DNA of 64,000 nucleotides from Marsupella aquatica (lineage: Eukaryota; Plantae; Marchantiophyta), in NCBI GenBank assembly GCA_973895155.1, contig OZ316897.1, forward strand, positions 14,073,375-14,137,374, read 5' to 3'. The position numbers and the translations under genes were made by a program. The number at the start of each line of letters is the position of its first letter. Within the stretch, counting starts at the first letter, position 1. Shown here one piece after another: positions 24,702 to 37,415 of the stretch. A model generated the notes under the pieces. That model did no database searches. It was not told the DNA's origin and saw only the letters and a program-made list of their open reading frames with translations.

Positions 24702-27700
24702 CGAAAATTTATCTTAGCTCGTTCACCCGTCTACAATTATGTAATTTTTTAATCCCACCTCTTACTAGCTCCCAGCCCAATAATGATAATCAACGATATA
24801 AATTTCCTCGCCGGATAGTACCTACTAGACAACCTCGATGTGAAGACCATCTTTCCAAGGAAATCCTTCTCTGGAGGGCATCTACAGTAAATCTCTGGAA
24901 CCCAAAACCTTTTTCATTTAGATGTTTTAGATCTTACGTACAAAACAATGAGACACAAGCACGCTATTCTATCGGTCCATGACCTCGGTGAAAGATCCTT
25001 CGTCTTATTTTTGTTTCTGTTCGGTTTTCTATCTGGTCTTTTGTTTGTTCTCATCCTGAGCTCCATACCAATGATTTTCCAGGTACGTCTATGGCAATTA
25101 AAAGATCAATCGTTACAATGAATGTGCCTAGCAGAGACATACATACCAATCCTCGGCTACCTATGATTGCGAAGGAGAACATTCTGTGTAGAGTCGTTGG
25201 ATTTGGAGTACCCGGCCAGCGTAAACGTACCCTCAATATATGCAAGTCAGAGAGTTTGTTAGTCTGTTCTTATCCCTCCTAAAGCCTTGTGGAATATTGA
25301 ACTCCTCGCGACTTTGCGCTTTATAGCTGTACCAAAGCTCTCTTTCTTCTATTGATCGAGTCCTTTTGCCTTTTGGTTTCCTTCGTCCACTATCAGAGCG
25401 TTTTCTCTCTTTGTAATTATTGTAAAATGCCTCTTCAGAGGTCTCAGAGTGAATCGGTTCTCGTCCAACGCCTTCCACACATTCACGTAATCTCGGGCCC
25501 GGCCATCATCGTAATTACGATTGCGGTTCTCCATTTGAACGGAAGTTGACTGGGTCAAAATAGCCTCGGTGCTCTCTGTTGGTTATCTCTACAGTAGAGC
25601 CACCGTAGGTCGAAATATTCTTGTACAGTATGGACCTGCATACAGTAAAAGAGACTACAGGTACAGTGATGAACACCGCCTGCACATTGCAATTCCCTGA
25701 GTGTCTGATCATTACTTTAGTGGAGTTCCGTGAATGACACATGCTCATCTGTATCCAAAAACGACAAATCTCGTCGTTCTCTGAGGCTGTGGAGGCAAGT
25801 TATTCGTTTGTAAATCTGAGATGCATATGCAAGTTGCTCACGAGAAACGACGGAATTACGCAAACATCAACAATATAATTCCATTTCCTCTTAATCCTCC
25901 ATTACTGTACCTCGCAGAAGGGAGTATCGCATGCATAAACACATTCGTCGTCTAGTAGCCCCTCTTAATCACCAGACCTGAGCATGGCCCGAATCCGAAC
26001 TTGGAAGGCATGATAATGCTGGGCTACTGCCGTGGTTTAGAGTAGGCTTTATCATGGATTTGTTGGAATTTGGTGACTGGCGGGCTGGTGAGGTTCCGCA
26101 AGCCCGCATTCGTAGGCTCATCTCACTATTTTTGTCTTAGAGTTGAGGGTGTTGTCGTGGAGGGTGTCCCTTATATATTTGGACCGGACTCATTTGGCTG
26201 CTTTACAAGCATTTTTTCGTCGGCTTTCCTAAGTTTTTAGCAGGGTAGAGAAGGTGGCTCTTTGCTCGTTGCCGTGCTCTTTGCTCTTTGCACTAGGCTA
26301 CAAAGGAAAACCATGGAATCAGAATGATTCACCAACAGGCAAAGCTGCTGGTGGCCCAGCACCGCTTTTGACGATGCTTGCCCCCCTATTATTATCAGGA
26401 TATGGTCCTGGACTCCTGTCTCGCCAATGTCAGAAGTTTATTACGGTAGAGAATGCAACAGATACTGGTATATGACAGATGGTTTACGTCATCATTCTAG
26501 GGAACAGAACCTGGTTCCATGCTCACCCACTCACAGGCTGAGCGTAACACGATTTACACGGGCTTTTGATGAGGCTGTCTGTTACTTTTTCATGGGGTGA
26601 AGGATGTCACTGGCCTTGCCTAGGCGCAAGCAGATGAGTCAGAAGTATTCGCATCCCCAAACGAGATTAGGTGCACTGTGTGCTCCGTGGGACCAATCTT
26701 CATCCAACAGTCTATCAAATTTTCAACCAAAAGTAAATTCTGCCCTCTTAAGAGCGTAGCAGATGGCTACAATGATGACCTATCGGCTCGAATATTGGAG
26801 TATACCCCACCCTGCCACCCTCGGATCAACTGACCTGGTGCATTGGCTCGAATTTCTATAAGAAATTGTGCTTCCAAATTCCAAATTCACTGGCAGCATC
26901 TATATGGCCCCAATCATCTTGGCTGGATTCTTCAGGTTAGACTTTTAAAACCTGACCATAGGTGAGGCTCAAGGATGAAGAAAGCCTACACATAATAAAC
27001 ATTCCCTTCCATAGATTTCTTCAGAAAACATAGCTTTGTTTGTTCTTCCGTCACTGTCAGGAGATAGATGGTCCCAATTTCTGGTGGTCCCAATTTCTGG
27101 TGGTCCCTTATAGTGGGCCTGGTGGAACCTCTGGGCAGGAGAAAGCTGATCAAGAATCCCCAGACCTTCACCTTTATTTCCCTAGGATGCACTACTTTTA
27201 AATTAGTCAGGCCCTATCCCCTTGGCTTGTTGGACCCCTTTGGTCTTCTTGGGGCCCTTTCTCCTCCTTTCCTCCCCTTCATTGGGCTGCTTTGCCATTG
27301 GGATCCTGCCTCCCGGATTGGCGTTTGGCACATATTGTCTCCTGTTTTGGCCCAAATCACCAGGCCATGGAATCATTCACATAAAGTCTGACTCCAAATA
27401 GGAACCAGCTCCTCCCATTGACACTTGGAAGTAAACTGCAGTACTGCATTTGGTCCTCTATAGTAGTATATGGTGAGCTGATTCAATTTCCTTGAAAGAG
27501 GAAAATATCATTATATCTATGACAATATCATTTTCTTATTCCCCTAGATCTAAACATGAATCTAGTGTCTTGTCTTTACGAGGCAGCTCATGAACCTCCA
27601 CAAACAAGAAGTGTTGAGTCCCATAATGATAATCTGTTTCAAAGAATTTGAAGTTGTGTCTCAAGCGACCATAGATCTTGGCATTCCACCGGCTCTTCAT

Positions 27701-28129
27701 TTCATTTCCGTTCAATTCAGTACACCCATTTCTATGACGCATTTTATTCAAGAAAACCTTGAGCTACATATTCTTTTGTTTCTGAATTTTATGGACTTGT
27801 TGGTTTAGGGTTTACCAAGTGTTAATGTCAAGACACTACACTTCATGACACAGAAAACATAACACATACAGGAACCCAAAGGCAAGAGACCCAATAAAGA
27901 AGGGAGAAAAGAAGATAGTGTGAAACTTCATGAAGCCTAAAAGCCAAAAAACTTAAGATTCCCCACACTGGCAACCTATATTTCTACTGGGTAGCAAACT
28001 GAAAATCCTCATAAAGTTAGCTGGAGAGCAAACCACATAGGAGGGTCACTAAGAGAATTTGTCTACTAACTTTGTAGTTTTCTGTAGGACACTTTCTAAA
28101 GTGAAGGAAAATTATCCACTAAGGGTTGT

Positions 28130-28815
28130 ATGCATCAAAACTGTAGAGTATTGTCAAAGATTACAAGTTGTAAACCCTATAGTAAACTAGCCTAGTAGAA
28201 GTCAAACTGTATACTATATTGTCATACTTACTGTTGTACATTACAATCTTGAAAACGCACAACTAACCTAGTACAAAGTCAAGGCTGTATACTGTCACCC
28301 ACAATGCAGATCTTGTATCCAAAAAACCTGCCTGAAAATCCTACAACAATCCCAATAGAAAGTCCAAACTGTATATTATAGATTACAATCTTGAAAACCC
28401 AACAACTAGTCTAGTAGGAAGTCAAAACGGTATGTTGTCTCCTAAATATAGACCCAATAACCCAAATCCTGCCTGAAAATCTGACAAGGAACCCAATACA
28501 AACTTAAAACTGTAGAATTATTGTCTAGATTACAATTGAAAAATGAACAACTGACGTAGTACAAAGTCAAACTATATATAATATACTGCAAAGACAAAGG
28601 GTGCCATACCGAGAGATAGGATCCCAAGAAACCCAATAAAGGGGGGAAAACAAGGGAAAAACACTGGGAGGCTGAAGAGCCAAAAACCCCACTGTATATT
28701 GTCTCCCAAACACATAACCAGTGACCAAAAAACCTGCCTGAAAATCTGACAACAAACCTAGTAGAAAGTCAAAGTGTATATTGTAGTCTAGATTACAATC
28801 CTGCAAACTCAACAA
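28130..28815 (+). repeat. Degenerate tandem array of ~60/120-bp units
   Basis: Recurrent CCTGCCTGAAAATC, TAGTA(G/C)AAAGTCAAA and GATTACAATC blocks. Confidence 0.7.
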
Positions 28816-30099
28816 CGAAGAGCATCTCAAGAAGTGCGGTCAAATGAGCCCGTAATTGCAAAAAAGAGTATATAGGGGCTGGGTTTGGAGAGATGGCTTA
28901 GGAGGGTAGCCCTGCTCCTAAATAAATGGCAGCCAGCCCCTTTTCACAACCGTAGCTATCATGTTTGGAGACTTGGCAGCCAAGATAGAGTAACTCTATC
29001 CTGGTCTGTGATCGAGGTATCTATGCATGAGATTTGGAACGTGGGTATGACAATACATCACTTTTGAGATGATAGAGGTCCACTTCTAAGAATGGGGTTT
29101 TCTAATTTCCTTGGGTCCAAATGATGGCTCTAAATTTTGGGTTTAGTAATCACTCGCCCCAAAACACTTGGAGATGCCCTAACCTAGTAAACTGTCAAGT
29201 GTATATTGACACTCAAATATAACTCCAGTAACCAAAAGAGTTGTCTGAAAATCAGATATCATTATCTTGATTGGGTTGGACATCACCTTTTGCATTTGAG
29301 CCATAGATCCGATCTCCAGTTAGAATAAGGGTTTCAGTAAATGTTGGTGATGTCTGTTCAGTGTGAAGAAGTTGGGGTCGGGCACTTTTGTTGGAGTGAA
29401 GTCTCCCACAATTTTAGTACTGGAAAATATCCACGAGAAATCTCTTGGTTCACCATTGGTACATTCTCTAACTAAAAGAAAATTGTTCACTAGAACGGGA
29501 GTGAGCTCGACTTACACGTACTGTGGTCGTCACAACTTGAGAACTTGCATTGCAGAACTGTCAAGATCGAACTCAGCCTTTCATGATTGACCTTCACGGT
29601 CATGATATATTGTTTTATATTTGGTGGAAACTAGTGAAAGTTGTGTCCAAAAGCTGGACAGGTGGGCGTTTCGTTTCCATCTTGCATTCACCCAATGCTC
29701 ACAGTTGAAATGGTCTTAGTATTCCCTAGCCTAGACATTTGATGAGTGCTTCATTGCATGTCATTGGGGGTTTTCGTAAGTAAAGAACTGAATGGATAGA
29801 TGTGCACTTGACTGTCTACGGGCTTGGACTCAGGCCGAGCACCTGAGATTCGAAATCTCGTTTGATGGCATTCATGATGCAACCCTCTGGGAATTTCATG
29901 AATAGTACTACTTTCTTAAGTTTAGGAACGGTTATCGCCGAACGAAGTCAACCACGAACTGTTCCCAGATCGTCGTGATCTGCCACAGTTATTAGAGGTA
30001 CACAATTGCACGGCAGTACGACGTCGTTTCTAGCTAGAAAAGGGATTTGGGGAAGGAAGTATTTCTGAGTTTCGGAGCTGCAGAAGTTTGCGGAACTAA

Positions 30100-31215
30100 T
30101 TCAACCGGCCAGCAACTATACTAGATGGTGACCTGCCAAAGTTGATTGGAATTAATAGCAGTACACCGTTTTTAGAGAAGCCAGTAAGTTGGGGACGGAA
30201 GTATCTCGTTCCGACCACAAAGCATTTCGAGCAAAGCCAAGACGAAACTTTACAGCACAGTGGGCCGATGAGGATTTCCGGAATCAACCGGGAAAAACAT
30301 TCCTGTGAAGCCGCGCACGGAGGCTTGGTTGCATGCAGGAGGATCCTCCACAATTGAGCACCCACTTGGAACAACAGGAGACAGACCGATCGAACGGGCC
30401 CTGAATTGACGATCAACGTACGAACCATTGAACGGGACTGTGGCCGGGAGGCAACGCGTCGAAGATTACTTCGACGAAACAACGGCCTGGGTGTTTCTGT
30501 GGTTCCTTCACAGATCACACATTCCTGTTCAAGACAGCATGATTTCACAGCCTGACTGCCCAGGTCTTCTCTAAAAAACTGCGAGCTTCACGGTAATTGA
30601 GCACCATATCTAGAGGTGCGACAGAGGAAGCACTGTGCATTGTGGGCACTGTATCTTGGTCTGCAAATTGTTGGGCCCTCGCTGGCCGCCTGCCCCCACT
30701 TTGCGCCTCGAACAATTCTAGGCTTTCAGGAGACAAACTGTGTCGGATATCCAGCAATGCCGGTACTCGTCTCTCAATCATGCGTAGGTTTTGCTCCGTC
30801 AGCCCTGGATGTGCGGAAGAGGATTGCACATTCCACGCAGAGAATGATCATCGCGACCTTTTGTCGTGTGCATGCCTCAAGTCCAATGATCTCAACGAGC
30901 AAGGCAATCCCAACCGGGGGAGCTTGCATGTGAGCTATGCTTGATTGATTCTCAATCGCTGGCAACAAGCTACAGTCCGTAGGTTTCAAAACTCCCGGTA
31001 CCTGACCGTCACTTTGGAACCGAGATCTGGTAGGTGAACGAATTAAAAATGCCATCGTTCAAAAGATTTTTCTTTCCCACTTTCAGCTCCAGTATCTCAC
31101 ATCTTTATAAGCAACACATCCTTACAAGCGACTCGCTTTGGAGTAGAGATCGATGATTCCTTCTGGTAGGTAAACGGAAAGCATCGTTGATTTGAGGAGG
31201 TATCATTCTATCCAT
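30100..31215 (-). pseudogene. Putative decayed F-box protein gene
   Basis: Minus-strand frames near 31215-31085 give MDRMIPP..YLPEGIIDL / ESLVRMCCL / RYWS, which resembles the F-box consensus LPxE..L...L.R..VCK.W broken by frameshifts and stops. By-eye motif match only. Confidence 0.4.
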
Positions 31216-31559
31216 TTCGAGCCGCAAGGATCTCGTAGCCAGTGAGCTTAACGGATGAAGGACGCTCTCTTTGTGCAGATTTCTCAACTACAAACCTTTC
31301 CATTTCTAGCAGTACTGCAATCTGCTGTTTTGTTCTATTGCCATCAACCTGGAGTGATACCGTTTAAATTCCGAATGTGTTCACCGTCCTTTACAGATTT
31401 GGAGAGACTCCAGCCCACAGCAAAATATGAGTGTGGATAGATTCCTTCGTCGTCTCACGTCACCTAAAATGCAGTTTTGCCAAGGTGGGCAAAAAAAGCC
31501 AACCTCAGTGATACTGAACGGCTTTTGCTATTATTCCTGTTCTATGTTCCAAGGCATTC

Positions 31560-31800
31560 CCTTTGTATTTTCTGGGCATTCTGGGAGCATAATGCCCAGG
31601 TCAAGATCTGGATCACCTCTATAGAAAGATTCTCCTCTACTACTTTACTGAAGTCAGAGAAAATTAAAATCTCTCAAGTTTTTAAGTGTAGTAAGGTGCT
31701 GTTTATGGAGCATTACCGGCAATAGTACATAGCCCCTCAAAACTCGAGTGGAAGCTCTTTTTTGGGGGGCCATTACATCTCATAATGCCCTCTAATAAAC
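31560..31800 (+). repeat. Dispersed repeat family B, copy 3
   Basis: Similar to 12380-12600. Confidence 0.55.
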
Positions 31801-34800
31801 AGGACTTTAGGGTAATTATACAAACAACAGTCTCTGGTGCTGGCTTGACCCTGGTTGGTCTTGCTTGGTTTATTATAAGATAGCTCTTAGTCCGCTATCA
31901 CATGATATCTTGCATGTAGGCTGCTCTCACATTTGTGGGCCTTAAATCTCCCTGAATTTTTGGGGAAAAGATATGGTGTTGTGGCTGCTCTATGTGTTAT
32001 GTGTTATTGCGGATGGAGATGACCCTGGCTGCTGCTGTAAGAGTTTCAAAGGTTGGGCCATCAAGGACTGGAATGTTGCAGACTTTGCCCTCAGACTTCT
32101 ACTTAAACCACACCTGCCCCTATAAAGGGCTAGGGGTAACCCGTAGCTCTCATTCTAAGGAATCTGTAGAAGTTCAGAAATGGGCTTTGAGCTCCACAAA
32201 AGGTGCTGACTGCAAAACCTTTTTTTGACAAGTACTTCACAAAACTTGCTATTGTTCCACCTTTTATGGTGAGTAGTGAGACATAGAATGAGGCTTTTAT
32301 AGTGGCAGGTGTAGTTTAACAAGTTGTCAAGCCTGGCTATTGAGATGGTTCAGGGTTGTCAGACCATCTGGTTAGGGCCACAAATTAATTGGGCAACTAC
32401 ATCCAAGACCTCTAAGAGGTCGTGGTTTTTCCATAGGAAAGAACCTAGTAAAGGAGAAAAGTCTGGAGAAAAAAGGGGGGCACAAATTTTTCTGAGCTTT
32501 TCTTGTCACAGAAAACTAGGTGGGGGTGGGGTACTATGTTCTCTACATTGTTGTATTACATATGGGAAGTGCCTTCCAAAATCATTAGCTCCACTTGCAG
32601 TCAGATCAGCATTCTCCATCTCAAACAAGAACAGATACGTTTGAAACAACAAACAAACAATCATGATTGTTCGTGTTTGATGCACAGCTGGCAAAAACAG
32701 TTAGACCTAGGAACCATGAAAGACTCAGAAATTTTGAAAATGTAATGTCAAATAACAAATAGCTGAGATAACATAACTGGACAATGAACAATGGGCAGTG
32801 CACACCATCGGATTGATGAGATCGATGGATGAGATTAGATGGCGATGATTAATTGTGACTGTATGTACTTCAAACAAATGGTACAATTTTAAGTTAGTCA
32901 ATAATTCTCTCAGAGTTCCAGAATGTCATTTTTGAGCTACTGGGATCCGTCAACATTTGATTGTGTTTATTATAGTCATAATTTTGTTGTCTCAATTCCA
33001 TTTGGGCTGTGAATTATTGTTGTTGCCTCTCTTGGGAACCTACTTACTAAGAAAATTTGAAGAAAATGGATTTTCCAAAAGCTTTGGATGGCCCTCATCA
33101 AACCAATTTGATGAAAGAGAAGGGAAAGAAAATTAAAGTGAGGTAGGTTGGGGAGGAAAGAAAGTGAAAGGAAAGGTTTTAATGACGAATCAAATTATCT
33201 GCAATTTGATTTGCATCGATAGGCAATGATAATTGAGCAGTGGTGTGGCACAAGAAGCCAATACTTTTTGCCAGGAGAGATCATGAGTTGAAGGTAAACT
33301 TAAAGGACTTCATGACACTCCAAAAGATTTGAAATAATGGAGAGGTGGGGAATATGAAGTAATTGTCATCAGGGACACTAAGCTATATTGTGGCAAAGAG
33401 ACAAAGAAAGAAACTCAAAATTTGTTGTGATCCTGGAACATTTATGTTGTCAAAAAACAATTGTAGACCAAGATCATAGGCTATTGCTGCTGCTTCAGAT
33501 AAAGTCCTCAGATAAGCCGAGAACCAAGAATGATGAGATTTGGAGGATTGTCTGTTTCCATAGAATTATTTCGGAATCCAAATTGACTCACTTCTAGTGC
33601 TTAAGTAGTATTAGTATCTGACGAGCATACCACCATTAAAGCATATACAAGGATGGGATCCATGAACTATATGGGGACCCAAAATGGCCCCACAAAATAT
33701 TGTCAAAACCGTATGAATTCTAGGTGTTAGTTCAGCCTATTGTCACCACATAGCTCATAGCTTAGGGCCTAGTAGATTCTAGAACTTTATGGGGGTTGCC
33801 TAATAGAATGTTGAAAGCTAGGGATCGAGGTCACGTGATGGACCCCTCCTAGAATGTCTAAGGCCCTCCTCCTACATACTTGGTAATTGTACACATCACA
33901 AGAGCGAATATATACCTCTAGCTTAAATCTAGAGCCCCCACATACTGTCCAAGGAACCCATGGAGTAATAAATTTCCGTCAAACCAAAGGGTCGGCACAA
34001 AACTTTGGCTAGCGGTAGATGAAAAAAGGCTATTAAAGAGCCTCATTAGAGCGTCTTGTGAACAGAAAAAGTCAGGAATGTTGTGAACCAAGCTACTGTA
34101 GGGTATGGGATTTGGAATTTAGGCAAATATAGGAAAAGAGCAATATGGTCTGGCATCATTGGAATAAAGATCAATGCAATCTTTGGCTCGATTGCAGAAT
34201 GAAGATAAAGTCCTGCAAAAGGGTTGGCACAGGGGTTTGCATGCCCTATCATTGAAAATCATTCCATATGGATTGGTGGATTGGTTAGACTTCTCAAAGT
34301 AGGAGGGCGAAATATACTTGGCAATTCATCTTGGAGAGAAAGGACCTTCATCTGAAGTGAAAGGGTCTAGCGTTGTAAGGTATTATAGGAGCAAATAGTT
34401 AACAAAAGACAACTACAGTAGCTCCAATGTAAAGTGAAAGGTGCTACTGTATAACCTCTAGAACAGAAAAAACCCACCCTACCGATATGGATGAAGGGAA
34501 AGGCATCAACTAACCGAGAAAAGAAACCTTTTGAACTAGATACTTAACCAGAAATAGTTGGAAGTCTCCAAGAAAGACCATACAACTCATAAAAACAAGC
34601 TACCAAAAACACTATGGGCATGACAAGAATGTATTTATATTACATTGTCAAAGAACAAAAAGAGCCAAACCCAGAGACAAGATTCCAACGGTCAGGGACC
34701 CAATAAAAGGGAAAACACAAGGGGAAAACCTAGGAAGAAATCATACCAGTACTTCCTACATTTTGCCCAGTTTCTTCCCCTATTTCCCCTTGATTTCTAC

Positions 34801-35869
34801 TTGCGCATTAACGGTTGGAGTGATTGATGGAAAAACAGACAGCCTTTTGGGCTGCCTGAATATTAAGCCTGGATGGACCAGGGGGTTTTCTGTGAAACCC
34901 AATGGATTTCCAAAGTTGAGATGGACTGACACAGACCCCCACACAGACCATCACAAAAACTTGGATAGAACTGTTTAAATGTTGACTGAATTGTGATCTT
35001 GAACATGTCCGTGACCCTTTTGTAGCCCGATCATGACTGTTTATGTGAAGGTAAGTCATTGCTCCTGCACAAAGTACTCGATCAGGGCACCCTTCACAAA
35101 AAGTTTTTATTTAAAGAGGTTTTTTGCCACTCATGCCCAACTAACTACTCAGGGTGTTCTAGATGTGGCAGAAAACAAGATAGTCTTCTCTGGAAATTTG
35201 GAGCTCTTTGAAATCTGACTGAAAGTAGACAACATTAGATCAGTTGGAAAGATCTTTGTAAACCACTTCAAACCTAGGGACATTGAAATCCCTCTGCATA
35301 TTAAGAGAGATATGGAAAGCCTAAATTTGTTGATGAATCAACTTGTGAAAGTGGGAGGAAGAGTGTACAGTGAGTGATGGGGCAGCATTTGAAAATTTGT
35401 AGCTCTATCAAGTCTTAATGAAGTTGAATCCATGAGAATCCATGAGGTATAAGTTAGAAAGTGTATGATGACACTATCAAGCCAAAAAGCAATTAAAAAA
35501 ATTGAAGTACAAGGCAGCTTGAATACCTAAGCCTTTAAATCTGGATAGGGTTGTGAGCTCATTTTGGATATCTACTCAAAGGCATCCTGACCCGGATGCC
35601 CCTGGGATGACACGTATTTAGAGTAAAGGTGCTTTAGAGATACACAACAAGCATGTTAGGCTCCATTTGAGTTTACATAATAATGATCACATCCAAAATA
35701 CCAATACAAACATAAATGCATAGAAAATTAAAAAATAGAGATCACATCCACTTTATAGCTAATTCTATCTGATCACCTAAACAGGGGCCTTTTGCTCGAG
35801 TAAGATTCCTAAGATGATATGGATTGAGTTTAGAGTACAGTACAGAGAACACTTACTTTCATACAAAAG

Positions 35870-36661
35870 TTGGAATATACACATACTTTTTACAGAAAAA
35901 GGCCAAATAGAGTACAAAAGAATAAACAAGAGAGGTCCCAAGTGGACAAAACCAAACGCAAAAGAAGTGAGCAAAAGGAAACCCTAAAAACCAAGAAAGA
36001 GGAACTAAAAGAAATGAGCAAAAGGAAACCCCTGAAAACCAAGAAAGAGGAACTCAAACTACCGCAAATGGACCGAGGTCCTCATCATACCTAGCAAATG
36101 TGGCAACAAGCTAGTGGTCTACATCAAGTGTCGAAACTAGATCGGCAAGTGGGACAGGAATGTCCTCTAGGGGGGCTAGCCGCTGCGGAGTCACACTAGC
36201 ACCCACTGTCAGAGATCGACGATAGACGGCCCGAGCTTGAGCACGCTGTAAGGTGACTGAAATGCGTTGGCGAAAGTGCATGGTCAAAACAGATAGCGGG
36301 GGCCCGGTGGGACCCATCTGGCCGTGAACTTTTCGAGCAGCTTGGCAAAGAAGCCCGTCGAGCTGATGATGGAGACGCCCAAATATCTCAAGAGCAAGGG
36401 GCAGGAAGCTATCAGATGAAGCTCGTGCAGCATATTTGGCCTCCTTTGTTGTTGCTGCTCGTGATGCTGCTGCCCCTGCCGTTGTTGCCGCTGTCCCAAT
36501 GATGTCTTGGCGCAATGGGTTTGCCACCACTACATCTGCCAAAGTACGGTGACCTTCACGGACCATGGTAAGATCCACCCGTAACCGCTGTGATGGAGGA
36601 CCAGGTAACTCAAGCACCACCTCCCGCCGCACGCAGACCAAAGAGCCAGAGAGAACCTGAG
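35870..36661 (-). mobile_element. 5'-truncated CRE-like non-LTR retrotransposon (C-terminal restriction-like endonuclease plus 3' UTR)
   Basis: ORF 36111-36641 has RLE motifs RVDL..LADVVVANP..KEAKY..FLPLALEIFGRL..RQRISVTLQRAQARA. The insertion is flanked by CAAAAG (35864-35869 and 36662-36667) and interrupts one copy of a local duplication. Confidence 0.75.
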
Positions 36662-36932
36662 CAAAAGGGTGTCATCAGAGAGTTTTGTGATCCCATCTTT
36701 AGTTTGAAAGTTTGGATAGAGATTCCATCCGAAGCCTTATGACTCAAGAAAAGATTAGACCTACTCAAGGAGTATCAAATAGGAGCTTCTAACTTGATTG
36801 ATGGAAATAAAATCTTGTGTCATTTGGTGGAAATGTTCCAGAGATCACATCCACCCTTTCACCTAATTTTATCTGGTCACCAAAACATGCTGAGACCTCA
36901 ACCTTTTGCTAGGGTAAGATTTCTAAGTTTTC

Positions 36933-37139
36933 AAACACGAAAAGACTTAACACGACCCCTCTAAGTTCTAAAAGACTTAACAGGACCCCTGTGTGACAAA
37001 AAGACTTAACAGGCCCCTGTGCCTACCTATTTTCCTCAGATCTTGATGGCATTTTACTCACAAGGGTCTGGTTAAGTCCAGGAGATGCCAGAGGGGTCCC
37101 GTTTAGTCCTTGTTTGGATTTCTACGGTGACAGGTGTTT
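36933..37139. mobile_element. MITE-like foldback insertion
   Basis: Three AAAAGACTTAACA..ACCCCT-type units are inverted relative to GGGTCTGGTTAAGTCC and GAGGGGTCCCGTTTAGTCCT; the segment is absent from the other duplicate copy. Confidence 0.55.
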
Positions 37140-37415
37140 AGAGTACAAAATACTCTACTTTCATACAAAGGGCATTCTGTGACCCCCTTTTCAGTTGAAG
37201 AGTTTGGATCGAGATTCCATCCAAAACATCAAAGAGTCACAAAAAAGATGAAAGATACTCAGGAGTATGGAATAGGAGCTTCTGACTCAGTTGGGGGGAA
37301 AATCGTATGTCATTTGATGGACATGTTTCAGAAACCATTGTTCTGAGATTCGTTATAGATTGGGTTTGGCGAATTCGCCCAGAAGTACGAAGGAATCGTG
37401 GCAACCACGCCCCAC

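Larger units (their letters stand above)
35738..37335 (+). repeat. Local tandem duplication upstream of TRM5, each copy carrying a different insertion
   Basis: GAGATCACATCCAC..CTAATT.TATCTG.TCAC at 35738 and 36841; TACTTTCATACAAA at ~35854 and ~37156; AGTTTGGAT.GAGATTCCATCC..AATAGGAGCTTCT at ~36710 and ~37201. Confidence 0.75.

Noticed and set aside
25043-25290. TAS3-like locus (two partial miR390 complementary sites ~220 bp apart: TCCTGAGCT and TATCCCTCCT)
   Set aside because: Each site matches only about half of miR390, the 3' site is broken in the seed-pairing region, and no tasiARF-like sequence is visible between them.
29789-29875. tRNA-like sequence with a T-arm-like GAGATTCGAAATCTC hairpin
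   Set aside because: No consistent D-arm or anticodon stem could be folded; at most a decayed tRNA/SINE remnant. tRNAscan-SE would decide.
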